Under the pieces are notes generated by a model that was not told the DNA's origin, did no database searches, and was given only the letters and a program-made list of their open reading frames with translations. 64,000 nt of DNA from Octopus vulgaris. Its lineage: Eukaryota. Within the stretch, counting starts at the first letter, position 1. Each line of letters begins with the position of its first letter. The position numbers were made by a program, and so were the translations under genes. This document shows, piece after piece, positions 27,526 to 40,652 of this stretch. The DNA lies in the NCBI GenBank assembly GCA_951406725.2, contig OX597838.1, positions 5,766,001-5,830,000 of the forward strand. Reading direction: 5' to 3'.

Positions 27526-28108
27526 CGATATTTTCATATGATTTGAAAACATTTCTATTACCTAATACTATGCCTTAACCATTCTCGTGTATTTAACTAT
27601 GTGATTGCGTACATAAACATACTTCCTTTGAGTAGAGACGCATTTTATACTACCCCTGAGAGTAGTTGTAATATGTACTCCCACTACCCTGTAGAAATGA
27701 GCGAAATAAAAATCATATGTAAAAGTTCAAAATCACGGTGGTGCTCAAGCATGACCGCAACCATATGGCTGAAACGAATAAAAGAATAAAAGGAGAAAAG
27801 AATATATCGATAATCGGAGTATCAAAAATGGATATTACGAGTATTATGCGAGGAGTTTGGGATCACCAATATCTGAATCAGCGAACACATTTTGATGAGT
27901 ACCATTTAAAATCTTATACGTCCATATTCACATATTGATGGTTTCAGAGAATTTCTCTCAAGGGTGGTATAGCTGCGTCATGGAATGCGGAATATCTCAG
28001 GTAATTATACCATATAAATTTACGCCGCTTTCCTGAGTGATGTGGTTCTATAGTAATAAATTCTAATAAAGTGATTTGATTCAGCTTGTGCTGAATCACA
28101 TAAGATAC

Positions 28109-28161
28109 ATGATACATGCCATCGTGTATGATACATGCCTTCGTATATGATACATGCCTTC
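28109..28161. repeat. 19-bp minisatellite, about 2.8 units
   Basis: atgatacatgccatcgtgt / atgatacatgccttcgtat / atgatacatgccttc. Confidence 0.9.
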
Positions 28162-28872
28162 AATCATTGGTCTACCGCAAATCCGTTGGCCTCTTTCAAT
28201 GTATTTCGTATTTGACATCCTCCCACGTATACATCTGATATCACTCTACAGTTTGTCCTAACGATTTTTGCTTTGACGTATACCTAAATATTATTCCCCA
28301 TACGGGGACGTAAAATTACAGTCTTTCTTACACCAACGCACTCATACATACGCAATTATAAATGTCCTCGTCTCATTAGACGGTAATCGTCTGATATTCT
28401 GCCGATTTAGTTTTATCCCTGCATATATACTGATATAATATTTCATGCCGCTACGCATCCCTCAGCATAGGACTACATAAAATGCAAAACGGAACAAGAT
28501 ACGAAATGAGAGTTAGACGATTGTATGTTATTGGATTTAAGCAAGAAATGTTTCTATAACTGCTGCGTTATTACTGGTCCCATTGGGATTACAAGTTTTA
28601 TGTCAGGGAATCTTTGTGAGAGAAATATACACTGACATAAAGACAGATTTGTCAAAAATAATGGGAGCTTCCTGTAGCAATGGGAAATCTATTTAACTCA
28701 AAGTTTTGCCTCTGACAACTATTAAAACTTCTGGTCACAGGAGACCTGGGATTAATAATAATGAAGAGGTGACAACAATAGAAATCCAGAACTTCCGAAA
28801 TACCGCATGCGGTTTAAAGTCACACTCACACACATACACACACACACACAAATACACAAACTGATATACATA

Positions 28873-29037
28873 GGCGCATGAGTGTCCGTGTGGTAAGAGG
28901 TTTGCTTACCAACCACATGCTTCTGGGTTCAGTCCCAGTGCATTGCAGTTTGGGCAAGTGCCTTCTACTATTCTACTATGGCAGTGAGCAGACCACAACC
29001 CTGACATTGGATTTGCCTGAAACTAAGAAAAGCCTGT

Positions 29038-29040
<3 letters not shown>
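28873..29040 (+). mobile_element. SINE family A 5' half, ending in the (TA)n that hosts the hammerhead element
   Basis: ggcgcatgagtgtccgtgtggtaag...ggttcagtccc...aagcctgtc, then (TA)n. Confidence 0.75.
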
Positions 29041-29110
<70 letters not shown>

Positions 29111-29114
29111 TCAA

Positions 29115-29817
<703 letters not shown>

Positions 29818-29856
29818 TGTGTGTGTGTGTGTGTGTATGTGTGGACACACAGATGG

Positions 29857-30046
29857 ATTAAGGACAGACAAAGGGATTAAGTCGATTACATCGACCCCAG
29901 TGCGAAACTGGTACTTTATTTATCGACCCCGAAAGCATGAAAGGCAAATTTGACCTCGGCGGAATTTGAACTCAGAACGTAGCGACAGACGAATTATCGC
30001 TAAGCATTTCGCCCGGCGCGCTAACGTGTCTGCCAGGTCGCCGCCT
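29857..30046 (-). mobile_element. SINE family B
   Basis: Reverse complement of family B head and core. Confidence 0.85.
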
Positions 30047-31390
30047 CATGTATGGATGTATGCATGTATATATACACACACGCACAGATACGCATATAAT
30101 ATATTTTTTAGTGGTTCATTTGAAAAACACGAAGGTATTTTGATAGTATGTAGACTCTCCGGAGTCGAAATCTGTGCATCCCTGCGTATATCATGTGGAA
30201 AAGTAGCCTTACACACATGCATATACATAGTCAGACACTTACACATACAAGTAGGTGCATACAAATAAGCACAATCGTATAAATTTACATGTGCATAAAA
30301 TTGCATACCTATGCACAGCCACATCTAGCTTCACGATCCAATGTAAGTTTCAGATACAACATGGAGAATGTTCCAGAAACGGTGTATGTACAAATATATA
30401 CAAAGCAAAAGTAGACACAGACAAAATGGGTTAAAGGTCCATCACAACTGTTTTGGACACATTTTTTATTGAGGAATAATTCGATTGCATTCTGAAAAGA
30501 TGTCTTCTTTCGTTTTCATAGAAAAAGACTCCGAAATGAGAAGGTCAATGCAAATAGTATATTTTTATACAGTATTTTTTTCCGAAGCAAATTAGCAGTT
30601 TTTCATTCAACGTAAAGAAAACGTTTTGTCGATGACGTAATGGAATTATTCTTCGATAAAAACCCGTCTGAAACAGCCATACTGAACTTTCATCCTAATT
30701 GAGATCTTATATCATATGTATACATACGTGTATATGTATATTTGTATGTTTGCATATACGAATAAATACATACAAACATACAGTAAGGTAATGTATGTAT
30801 ACATACACACATACGCACACATACATAAATAAGTACATATGTCTGTAAGTACACATATGTAAGAATGTAATGCTACGTACGTAATTATATGCGAATATCT
30901 ATATATGCAGCTCACACTCACAACTAATTTCGAACGGCAGAATATTTATTCATAACACATTTTCCATTCGAATGTGTATATAAACTTCATGTATGCGCTG
31001 GATAAATTAAACTTATTTAATCAAAAGGTCAAATAGACTTACACACACTCGAAACACACGCAAACAAATATATGTGAATATATATACACAGTTATAGAAG
31101 CTATTCAGAAAACATTTGTATATCTTATTCTATTTAGTAATCTATGTAAATGCTCGCATTTCTAGTCTGTAAGTAATGTGGATTTCCACTATCTGTCGTT
31201 CTCTCTCTCTCCCTCCCTCTCTCTTTCTCTCTCTCTTTCTCTCTCTCACACACACACTAACACACACATACATGTATTTGCGAACATCTCAGTGTGATCG
31301 CCTTTCAGGGCATTCACATATATTTTTTTATCTCTCCAATATCTCGTACGTAAATATTGCCTCCAAAGACATACACACATATATGCATAT

Positions 31391-31463
<73 letters not shown>

Positions 31464-31488
31464 CATATACATACATATATACATATAG

Positions 31489-31561
<73 letters not shown>

Positions 31562-31582
31562 CGTGTGTGTGTATATAAACGC

Positions 31583-31616
<34 letters not shown>

Positions 31617-32041
31617 ATATATATATGCAGATACACAGAAGCAGTTACAAGCATAGGCACAAGCTCACGCACAAACACACACAAAAGGTCACGGACATAT
31701 ATATATATATCATTACACTAATTGTCGACTTTCTTAAATCTATTAGTATGATATGTTTGCACACGGAATAAAAGAAGTGGAAATTTGCTCAATTTCCATG
31801 TCTTTGGGAAGTAAAAAAAATTGTAAGATAAGAACTGGTATATTTTAAATCATGCTATGATATTGGCCATTGCACCAACTGGAGACACAAGCTCTGAAGA
31901 GCAAACGAATGAGGACTTTCATATTTTATTGTTCACACTTCTAGAATCCAAACCAAGCATTCTATCCTTCTGTTTGCTTATCAGTCTGTCACACACATCC
32001 ATCTCCCTCTCACTCTCTGTCTGTCTGTCTGTCTCTCTCTC

Positions 32042-32078
<37 letters not shown>

Positions 32079-32274
32079 TTCTCAATTGTATCTACCTCAC
32101 TTCTTCTCTCACTCCTCCTGCTATTCCCTCTCTCTCGCTCAATCTCTCTAATGGCAAGAAACTCCTAAGGGATCTAAGCAGGAGAAGCATTTCAGGGAAG
32201 AAACGCTGCCTCAAAAATTGTTCCGGCCCTTATCCCTAAGAAGAGCATGACAACCCCAGGTTACGGGTTTTGTA

Positions 32275-32328
<54 letters not shown>

Positions 32329-32331
<3 letters not shown>

Positions 32332-32560
32332 GATTTCAACAATATTACGCAATGGCCCTGATAGGCCATTCGACCCACTGGAAGGAGCAGCCAAACTCAA
32401 ACCGCCAAATAGTTGTAATTCTGAAACCAAAGGAGAAATAAAAAAATTTACCCTTATCATCTTCGGACCATGCATAGTTTCGAGACTTTGGTAAACCAAT
32501 TTAATTAAATCAACTTTGTTTCCATCTGGCCTGTCTCGTCAGCAAAGAAGCCAAGGAAAC
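32329..32560 (-). mobile_element. 5'-truncated diverged member of the 29115-29650 hammerhead element family
   Basis: Minus strand has agggtaaatttttt...tttctcct...cggtttgagtttggctg...agtgggtcgaatggcctatcagggccatt...tattgttga, collinear with 29530-29650, and runs into (TA)n. Confidence 0.8.
32460..32548 (-). ncRNA. Type I hammerhead ribozyme (GUC site)
   Basis: Minus strand: UCUUUG-CUGACGA-GAC...GUC(UC)-GAAA-C-UAUGCAUG-GUC-CGAAGA. Helix I has 6 bp; helix III is ACUA-UGCA-UGGU; there are 2 extra nt between helix II and GAAA. Confidence 0.8.
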
Positions 32561-32629
32561 ACACATATATATATATATATATATGTGTGTGTGTATACAC
32601 AGAATAAATACTTATAAATTACGTATATC

Positions 32630-32686
<57 letters not shown>

Positions 32687-33262
32687 GATATACTGAGAGA
32701 CGAAGAATTAGAGAGAAAGCGAGGGATTCTTACGATCGTTTAAGTCACTGTATCTCTATGAACGATGCTCAACCATCCTAAGAATGCAAGGTTTGTGTGC
32801 TATAATCCAACCCACGTTTATTACGACAGAAGCCGTTGTATTTTTATGTTCGACATTCTAATCTATGCAACAAGAACCACAAAATAGACAATAGAGTGAG
32901 GCATCTTTCATCGCTCTAAGCAATTGCTGTTCTATAAATTTTAAGGAGTGTTGTGTTTGTTAAAAGTGTTGAGAAAGCCGTATATTCAGGGCCAGGATCA
33001 GGAGTCGGGGGGTGAAAGCAGTGAACTGTACCATTGCGTTAAAAGAGAACTCGAAGACGGGATATTTAATGCTGTTCCAACGACCTAGGTAGAAGAAAAG
33101 CACCGACAAAAGGATCTATATGTTTATTTATATATAAAAGCAGGCTGTGGGTGCGGATACGAAATAGAAAGGGCGAAGAAACTGCACACACACATGTATA
33201 TGTGCATGCATCAATGTGCATATTTATATATGTATACATGTGTATGCGTATATACATATATG

Positions 33263-33326
<64 letters not shown>

Positions 33327-33681
33327 TTACGCATAAGTATATTGCAATATTGAAGTATATCCTGATAATGTATTATACACACACACACATATATATATAT
33401 ATTTACACACATATCTATGTATATATGTATCCATATACATGTGTCTGTACCTATACATGCATATGCATATATATATATATATAGACATATATTTACATGT
33501 AGTTATATATACATACACATATATATGTGTATATATATGTGTTTATATATATATATGTATGTATATATATATGTAATTTATGTATATTATCTATGCATAT
33601 ATATATATGTATGTATATATATATGTATGCATATATGTATGTATATATATATGTCTGTATATATATATATATATATATGCA

Positions 33682-33712
<31 letters not shown>

Positions 33713-34124
33713 GTACACGCATCACAAGGCATTAAATAAGGTACGCCGAAATATATATCCTTACAGTAGACCTACGAGAGCGATATTTTAATCTGACAAT
33801 CTATTTTCGTACTTTTCTCCATTCCATCGTGGTTCGGGGTTGTTTAACATTGAGATAGCATTCGCTATACCAGTAAGAACTTTCCACCTTAACCTTTTAT
33901 TATCAAATAATGGATTCAAAGTAATTCGGGCGTTTCACAACATATGTTGTTCACACTTTCGTTTGTGTAACAAAACAGGTTCACATAGTAACACCATGAA
34001 TATGAAGAGAGAAGCGTTAGTGTTTATGTAAATATCCGATTAAGGATATGCTCCCTATATCCATATGAGAAACTCGTATTGACACACTCCTGTACTGCGT
34101 ATCTCTTCATATATATGCATATAC

Positions 34125-34134
<10 letters not shown>

Positions 34135-34157
<23 letters not shown>

Positions 34158-34267
34158 ACACGTATATACACTTACATCTTATTCTTCTCATATATATATA
34201 CACATATGTATATACATATGTATATATATATGTATGAGAAGATTAAGAAGTAAATGTATATACGTGT

Positions 34268-34287
<20 letters not shown>
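34135..34287. repeat. Near-perfect palindrome of about 150 bp
   Basis: taacacgtatatacacttacatcttattcttctcata is mirrored by tatgagaagattaagaagtaaatgtatatacgtgtta (3 mismatches) around the perfect centre catatgtatatacatatg at 34203-34220. Confidence 0.9.
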
Positions 34288-34299
<12 letters not shown>

Positions 34300-34458
34300 C
34301 ACACATAAATGGGTGTGTAGGTGTATATATAAATATAAATTTATATCTTCACATTAATATATATATATATATGTATATATATTCATAGGGAAAGAGCGGT
34401 AGAGAGTGCGACAGATGTATTTGTATGCGTATATATGTGCATGTGTATATGTATATAC

Positions 34459-34517
<59 letters not shown>

Positions 34518-35207
34518 CATATATCCATATGTAAATTTGTATGTACGCACAGGCATATATACTTCCCTATAATGTTCCGCATACATGTAAAATCCACACA
34601 TTTATACGCACACACACACACGTACTCAGAAACACGAACACACACACTTATATACTGTTATATACATGTGTCTTCGAAATAGGTTTATATCGAGCCTGTC
34701 TTGAAACACACAAAGCTGTCAGTAAAATGCGATGCATTTCAGAAACAACAAATGGGATGAATTGATTTATTTTTATGGCCAGGCGCGCGAAACGTATAAA
34801 ATAATGCCTATACAGGGTGGGTTTTATTGAAAGAGAAATGGCAACGCATGTCGGCTATTATCATCAATCAAGCATTTCTGAAAGAAACATAAATTACGAA
34901 CAAAGGATTCCGACTGTAAATTTTCCCTTAGATGGCGAAATGTGTTTCCCTGTCTCTGATAACGAACGCATGAAAATCTTGTAAAATTCGTCTTAGAATA
35001 GCTTCGAATTGATGGGCCGATTTGCAGGTATATACTTTTAATCTCCACCAACCACATGTTATCCACTTCTGAAACATGTACATGTATGTATGTGTATAAG
35101 TGTTTGTGCGAATGTTTGTGAGTTTCTGGCGGATTTAAAGCTAAGTCGATGGGTTGGATGATGTTGCATCAAAAGTAATTAACACACACACACACACACA
35201 CACACAT

Positions 35208-35242
<35 letters not shown>

Positions 35243-35435
35243 CACACATATATATATACACACACATACACACTTATGTGAATATACGTGTACATGTGCT
35301 TATATATATGACTGACACGTGTACATGCGTGTATGCATCAATATTTCCAGCAGTCAACCTGATTCTGTCTCACTCTTTATATACATGTGTGCGTATGTAC
35401 GTGTATGTGTCAGTTTTTGTAGTTATATATATATA

Positions 35436-35504
<69 letters not shown>

Positions 35505-36732
35505 GTATATATGTATACACACACACACATATATATATATATATACATATATACATATACACATATATACATATACGGATGTATATTTCTATATTGGTGC
35601 TTGTGCATGTATTGAAGTAAGTATATAAGGGCATATAATACATGCAGTGAGACCCACACACATATACGTAGATATATTCATATGGATATTTGTGCATCTG
35701 CTCGTGCGGTAGTGTGCGTGTGTTGTGTGCGTGTCTGTATGAGCGTAGGCGTAAAATAAATTGCTGTTTTTCAGCCGGTCTATCTAATCCTATTTCAAAA
35801 TCATTTTACAACCAGATTTGCTAAACGTGTATGCAAACGTATGTGAGCGTGCTTGTCTGCATGTTAATATACAGTCGACGTTTTATTAAATCCTTCAATC
35901 AGTTAGGTCCCTGTTTCAAATCCAATCTCTGCAGATATTCATCAAATGTTTTGCTCTTCCACTTTTCACTTAAATATTGCAAATGACATCGTGAAGGTAT
36001 TTTCCCGAGTGAAATCTTAATTAAAAGATGTATGAGCAGCTTTTTCGTAGCCACTCGATAGAATGTCTTAAGTGTGGAAAGCAGATTTTTTTTTAGTGTG
36101 TAAATGTAGATTCATTTTTGCAAAGAAGCGGAAATATATACTGTTTTGTATATAAAAAAAAAAGTTTTTTGAGTGTGGAAACAGAATTTCTTTTTTGCGT
36201 GGAAATGTAGATTAATGTAGATTTGTGTATGAAATTGGAAATACAGGTTGATTTGTATATAGAAACGCAACGTTGGTTTGAGTTTTGCAACGTGGTTTTT
36301 TTTTTTTTTTTTTTTAGTTTGGAACCGTAGAACGTTTTGTCTTTGGAGTGTAGACTGTTTTCGGCGTGGAAATGAAAATGTTTTTCTGAGTGTCGAAATA
36401 CAAATAATTTTAGTGCTGAAATGTATATTGTTTTGGGTGAAAAAATTAAGTTATCAACGCAGATTGACAAATGTGTATGCAAAAACATTTTTATCATGAC
36501 CATCCTCGCAATTCGCTTCTTTACTGAATAGCAATGACTTCATTCTCGAATATCGAATATATTTTTCTCATGTCTAATCAGTTATAGGTAAATTCAGAGA
36601 GATTAAGCAGTTATTTCATCTACACTAAGTGTACAATAACAGAAACTACTCCAGTAAATGTAATAGGCACTCACCTTCGTTAGTTAGCTGTGAGATTGTT
36701 ACTCGGTTATTTACAATATATATATATATATT

Positions 36733-36845
36733 AGATCGACCCCAGGACGCAAATAGTAGTTAATTTATCGATCCCGAGGGGATGAAAGACAAAGTCGACC
36801 TTGGCGGAATTTCAACTGAGAACGTTTTTGTGAGCTCGCCGCCTT
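36733..36845 (-). mobile_element. SINE family B fragment
   Basis: tttatcgatcccgagggggatgaaagacaaagtcgaccttggcggaattt. Confidence 0.7.
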
Positions 36846-36849
36846 ACAA

Positions 36850-37140
36850 TGCGTTACATTGAAAGGCCGTTGGGAGTGACATAATGCTTTTAGCGCTGTC
36901 ACTTCGAATCACATAAATCCTATCGGTGTCGTTGCGGAGTTACCAGAGCTAGTGAGTACTTGTCTGGTCTTGAAATCCAGGCTGCGTATCTCATCGAGGG
37001 ACTTGTCCAATATGCCAAATGTTGGTGCTAGCACTTGTACTGTAGCAGCATTTTGGGATACAATCTTTTTTAAATGCAGACAGGACGTGAGTTCCATATT
37101 TTCCGGGATATACAGGATACTCTTTTTTTATTCTGTTTGT
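36850..37140 (-). mobile_element. R4/Dong-like (RLE-type) non-LTR retrotransposon fragment
   Basis: Across frameshifts: RIKKEY / RKIWNS / LSAFKK / VLAPTFGILDKSLDEIRSLDFKTRQVLTSSGN / NDTDRIYVIRSDS. This matches the post-RT region of R4/Dong ORFs (consensus-like P(V)L.Y/P.FG..W...E...LD.KTRK.L ... DRLY..R..GGRGL). Confidence 0.7.
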
Positions 37141-37196
37141 AGTCACAGCATCAATATACGTATATATATATGTAATTATGTATATATGTGTGTAAG

Positions 37197-37427
37197 GGCG
37201 GCGAGCTGGCAGAAACGCTAGCACACCGGGCGAAATGCTTAGCGGTATTTCGTCTGCCGTTACGTCGTGAGCTCAAATCCCGCCGAGGTCGACTTTGCCT
37301 TTCATCCTTTCGGGGTCGATAAATTAAGCGCCAGTTACGCACTGGGTTCGATGTAATCGACTTAATCCCTTTGTCTGTCGTTGTTTGTCCCCTCTATGTT
37401 TAGCCCCTTGTGGGCAGTAAAGAAATA
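37197..37427 (+). mobile_element. SINE family B, full monomer
   Basis: ggcggcgagctggcagaaacg...gccccttgtgggcagtaaagaaata. Confidence 0.9.
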
Positions 37428-37983
37428 TATGTTTATATGTATGTGTATTTATGTGTATGCATGTAAATTTGTATGTGTATGTATATATGTATATAAGTAT
37501 ATGTGTATGTCTCTATATATGGTGGAATTCGCTTGAAAGCCGATTTCTGCTTAGACACTTAGTCTCCCTGCAGCAAATTAATCTTCCTACATTTCTCATT
37601 CCTGTCTTTTTTGACAAACGATGCAGCTGATACGTGCATGTGACACATTCCCGCACACATATATGCACGACCAAATTTTTATTTAATGGGGAATTTATAT
37701 AACAGTAAAGATATCCATCTTTATCTATAGTGTAGAATATCAAGACATATAGTTATCTTATGATTCCCCAGGTTATAAATTAAGTTTAATTAGACAATTT
37801 AAGTTTCTATTAATTCTTAATTAATTAAATACCAAAATAATTACGATTAACACTTTAGCAATTAATCAACTACATAACTTTCTTATGGCAAATTTTGTAC
37901 AAACATAGCAAATTCACTCGTTAATCAAAATACTATAAGTTACGCGTATAGTAAATAAAGTATGTATGTATATATATATATAT

Positions 37984-38307
37984 ATAATCAAAATATGCAA
38001 CAAGATATCCAAGGTAGTGTAGTACAATCGTTTCATGTCGCGCAATCTTCAGCCACATATAGAATTTTTTAATCAACAATTCTATATGTGGCTGAAGATG
38101 GCTCGACATTTTAAAATCTGATGTAATACTTAAAGTGTTTAATAAAATGAAATAGCATGAAACGATTGTACTACACTACCTTGGATATCCTTGTGGCGTA
38201 TTTTGATTATAATCACCCCATTTGATTTATATGGATAATGCCATACCAAATTCTGGTACCTTTAACTTAAGTACCATATTCATCTGAATCTAAATTTTGC
38301 TCAACTT
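37984..38307 (+). mobile_element. Penelope-like terminal repeat with inverted 5' copy
   Basis: 37984-38066 is the reverse complement of 38078-38210 apart from a deletion of about 46 nt; both arms carry hammerhead cores; (TA)n on both flanks. Confidence 0.75.
38087..38175 (+). ncRNA. Minimal type I hammerhead motif
   Basis: UGUGG-CUGAAGA-(weak helix II with long loop)-GAAA-C-GAUU-GUA-CUACA. Helix I UGUGG/CUACA; helix III is only AC/GU with a near-palindromic loop. A shortened copy lies on the minus strand at 38018-38057. Confidence 0.65.
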
Positions 38308-38451
38308 ATATATATATATAAATGGTGCGATCTGAAATGATTTGTATACAGATTTCATAATTGTCTAAATTTTAGTTTCTGTTTTAGGTTTCAGGCATTT
38401 GAAATAATTTAGGGGCGTAGGTTTATCATTGGGCACATATAAGTTGTCTTT

Positions 38452-38545
38452 CGTTTCTGAAGTGATACTGAAAATTTGAAAACGCAGTCGAGGTGCAAAG
38501 ACATTTTAGGAGAGATCGTCAAAAGATCCACCTACGAGAATTGAT
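38452..38545 (+). mobile_element. Tc1/mariner-group transposase N-terminal remnant (DUF4817-like HTH)
   Basis: Reads LK*Y*KFENAVEVQRHFRR followed by a frameshifted DPPTR; resembles LKWYWKFEN.VEVQR.(F/W)RR...PPTR with TGG to TGA decay. Confidence 0.6.
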
Positions 38546-38952
38546 GGAATTATGAAGCAGACTGAACTCTTTAGAAATTCTGCATGTAACATTCCGGAAG
38601 ACGAGGACAATAAAGCAAAGCGTAAAAAGTACCAAAAACCTATTCCCAGATGTAAAGATATTATTTGTGCCAAGTGACCCCGAGATAATAATTTATATAT
38701 ATATATATAAGAAAATTTAATGTAAGGGCCATCGTTGTGTGAATCTGCGAAACAGTAGGATTCGACGCAGACGGGGAAGTATTTGGTGGAACACAACTCA
38801 CCCAGTAAGATATATATATATATATATCAATCAATCATATATATATATATATATATATCTACGAAAACAAAAGCTGGCAATATTCAGCTAAAATCAAGAC
38901 AAGACATGTCATATTGTATATTATATTCCCAGCTACAAGTATTTCTAAAAAA

Positions 38953-38999
<47 letters not shown>

Positions 39000-39574
39000 C
39001 TCTGTGCGTTAATGAATAGATTGATGACAGTCATTGATATTAAGTCTCCAAGACAAGAGCTGGCCGGAATGAATAATGGTTAAGTGGAATCAAAATTAAG
39101 AACATGTAAAACAACAGAAAACGACGTATGTAAAATACGAGTAATCTTAGTTAATGCGGTAAAATGCTATTTTCCGTACATTCCACATTGTGACAACATG
39201 ATCCATTTGCTTGCCGGAACTCATGGAAGGCCAATGAAAAAGAATAACACAGTAAAAAACGTATTGAGTGAACAAGTTTTCAATTAAATACAATTAATTG
39301 TAGTGTCAAATTGTCATGTTATTATATTTACTTACATATTTACGATTGTCTGCTGGTATAATGTTTGAGCTTTTTTCTATTTATATGCCATAGCTTGACA
39401 GTTGCATATAGTAGGTATATGTACGTGTGCATGGATACATAAGCCTCAAGTTATCCATATAGACAAATGCAAGCACCTACGAGCATACATACAGACAAAC
39501 ATATTCCAGCATACACACTCACATATATACAAACATACACATACATATGTATGAATATATATATATATATTTTT

Positions 39575-39790
39575 ATTCTTTAATTTATTTCAGTCTTTTG
39601 ACTGCGGCCATCCTGGAGCACCACGTTTAGTCGAACATCTCCACCCCAGGACTTATTCTTTCTAAGCGCAGTACTTATACAATAGGTCTGTTTTGCCGAA
39701 CAGCTAAGTTTTGGAGACATAAACACATCAACATCGGTTGTCAAGCGACTGTGGTGGTACAAACACAGACACAAACACACACACACAGAG
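39575..39790 (-). mobile_element. SINE family A 3' half, diverged
   Basis: ttgactgcggcca...gagcacc...tttgccgaac.gctaagt...catcggttgtcaagc. Confidence 0.75.
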
Positions 39791-39809
39791 ACACGCACAC
39801 ATAAACACA

Positions 39810-39877
<68 letters not shown>

Positions 39878-40271
39878 AAGTGCTTGTTCAAGAAAGTTGG
39901 ATAAAATTGACTGTAAGTTGAACACTTATATCCAAGTATATCCAGTTACTAAAGGACAGTTTGATAAGTGGTGAAGGATTTGTCCGCATCTTTTCCAAGG
40001 CGAATAGAAGCAATTATGCAAGTTAAAGGGAAGCCACACGAAATAATGAAAAATGTACAGTAAGAATCTCGCAATGAACATTATATAATAAAACTGACCG
40101 AAAACATTTGCAAGGTCGTTTTTGTGGGTCGTCTTGCATTTCCCCTCTCATTCCGAGCTCCTACTACAGAATATAATGATTAGGAATTAAAAATTTCTCC
40201 AACAGGGCCATTGATTCTTCTGTAGAAATGTAATACAAACCATTTACTTATAAGTTGGCATTTAGTAAAAA

Positions 40272-40652
40272 CTAGCAGTATCGCCCGGCGTTGCTCGGGT
40301 TTGTAAGGGAAATAACTATAAAGCATTTTTAGAGAGTTATAGCCAAAATATAGCAAAAAAATGTGAAAAAAGTTATGGTAAATTTTTTTTTTAGTTAAAA
40401 AGGTGGAGTTGCGTCCCCTAGACAGTCTGTGGTTTGTTTTTGATTCTCGACCCCATGTCGAATTTATTGATTTTTTTCAGAACTGGGGGAACTTTTCAAA
40501 ATTTTCACTGCGTTATTTTTGAATTATGACATTGGGCTATGTGTGTGTCAAGTTTCATAAGAATCGGTTGAAAGCCGTGGTCAGGGTGAAGGTACAACCT
40601 GACAGACACACAGACACACACACAGACAAACTGCCGTTTATATAGAGAGAGA
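40272..40652 (-). mobile_element. Non-autonomous Helitron (381 bp)
   Basis: Minus strand starts 5'-TC and ends CTAG-3', with a subterminal GC hairpin (cccg...cggg, 40284-40299); it sits between host A and T with no TSD. All canonical Helitron marks. Confidence 0.85.

Noticed and set aside
28109-28161. CRISPR-like array
   Set aside because: Units are contiguous with no spacers, no cas genes are present, and the context is eukaryotic.
34764-34805. ttattttta...gcgcgcGAAACGTA-taaaataa, a hammerhead-like 3' half
   Set aside because: The CUGANGA box is absent.
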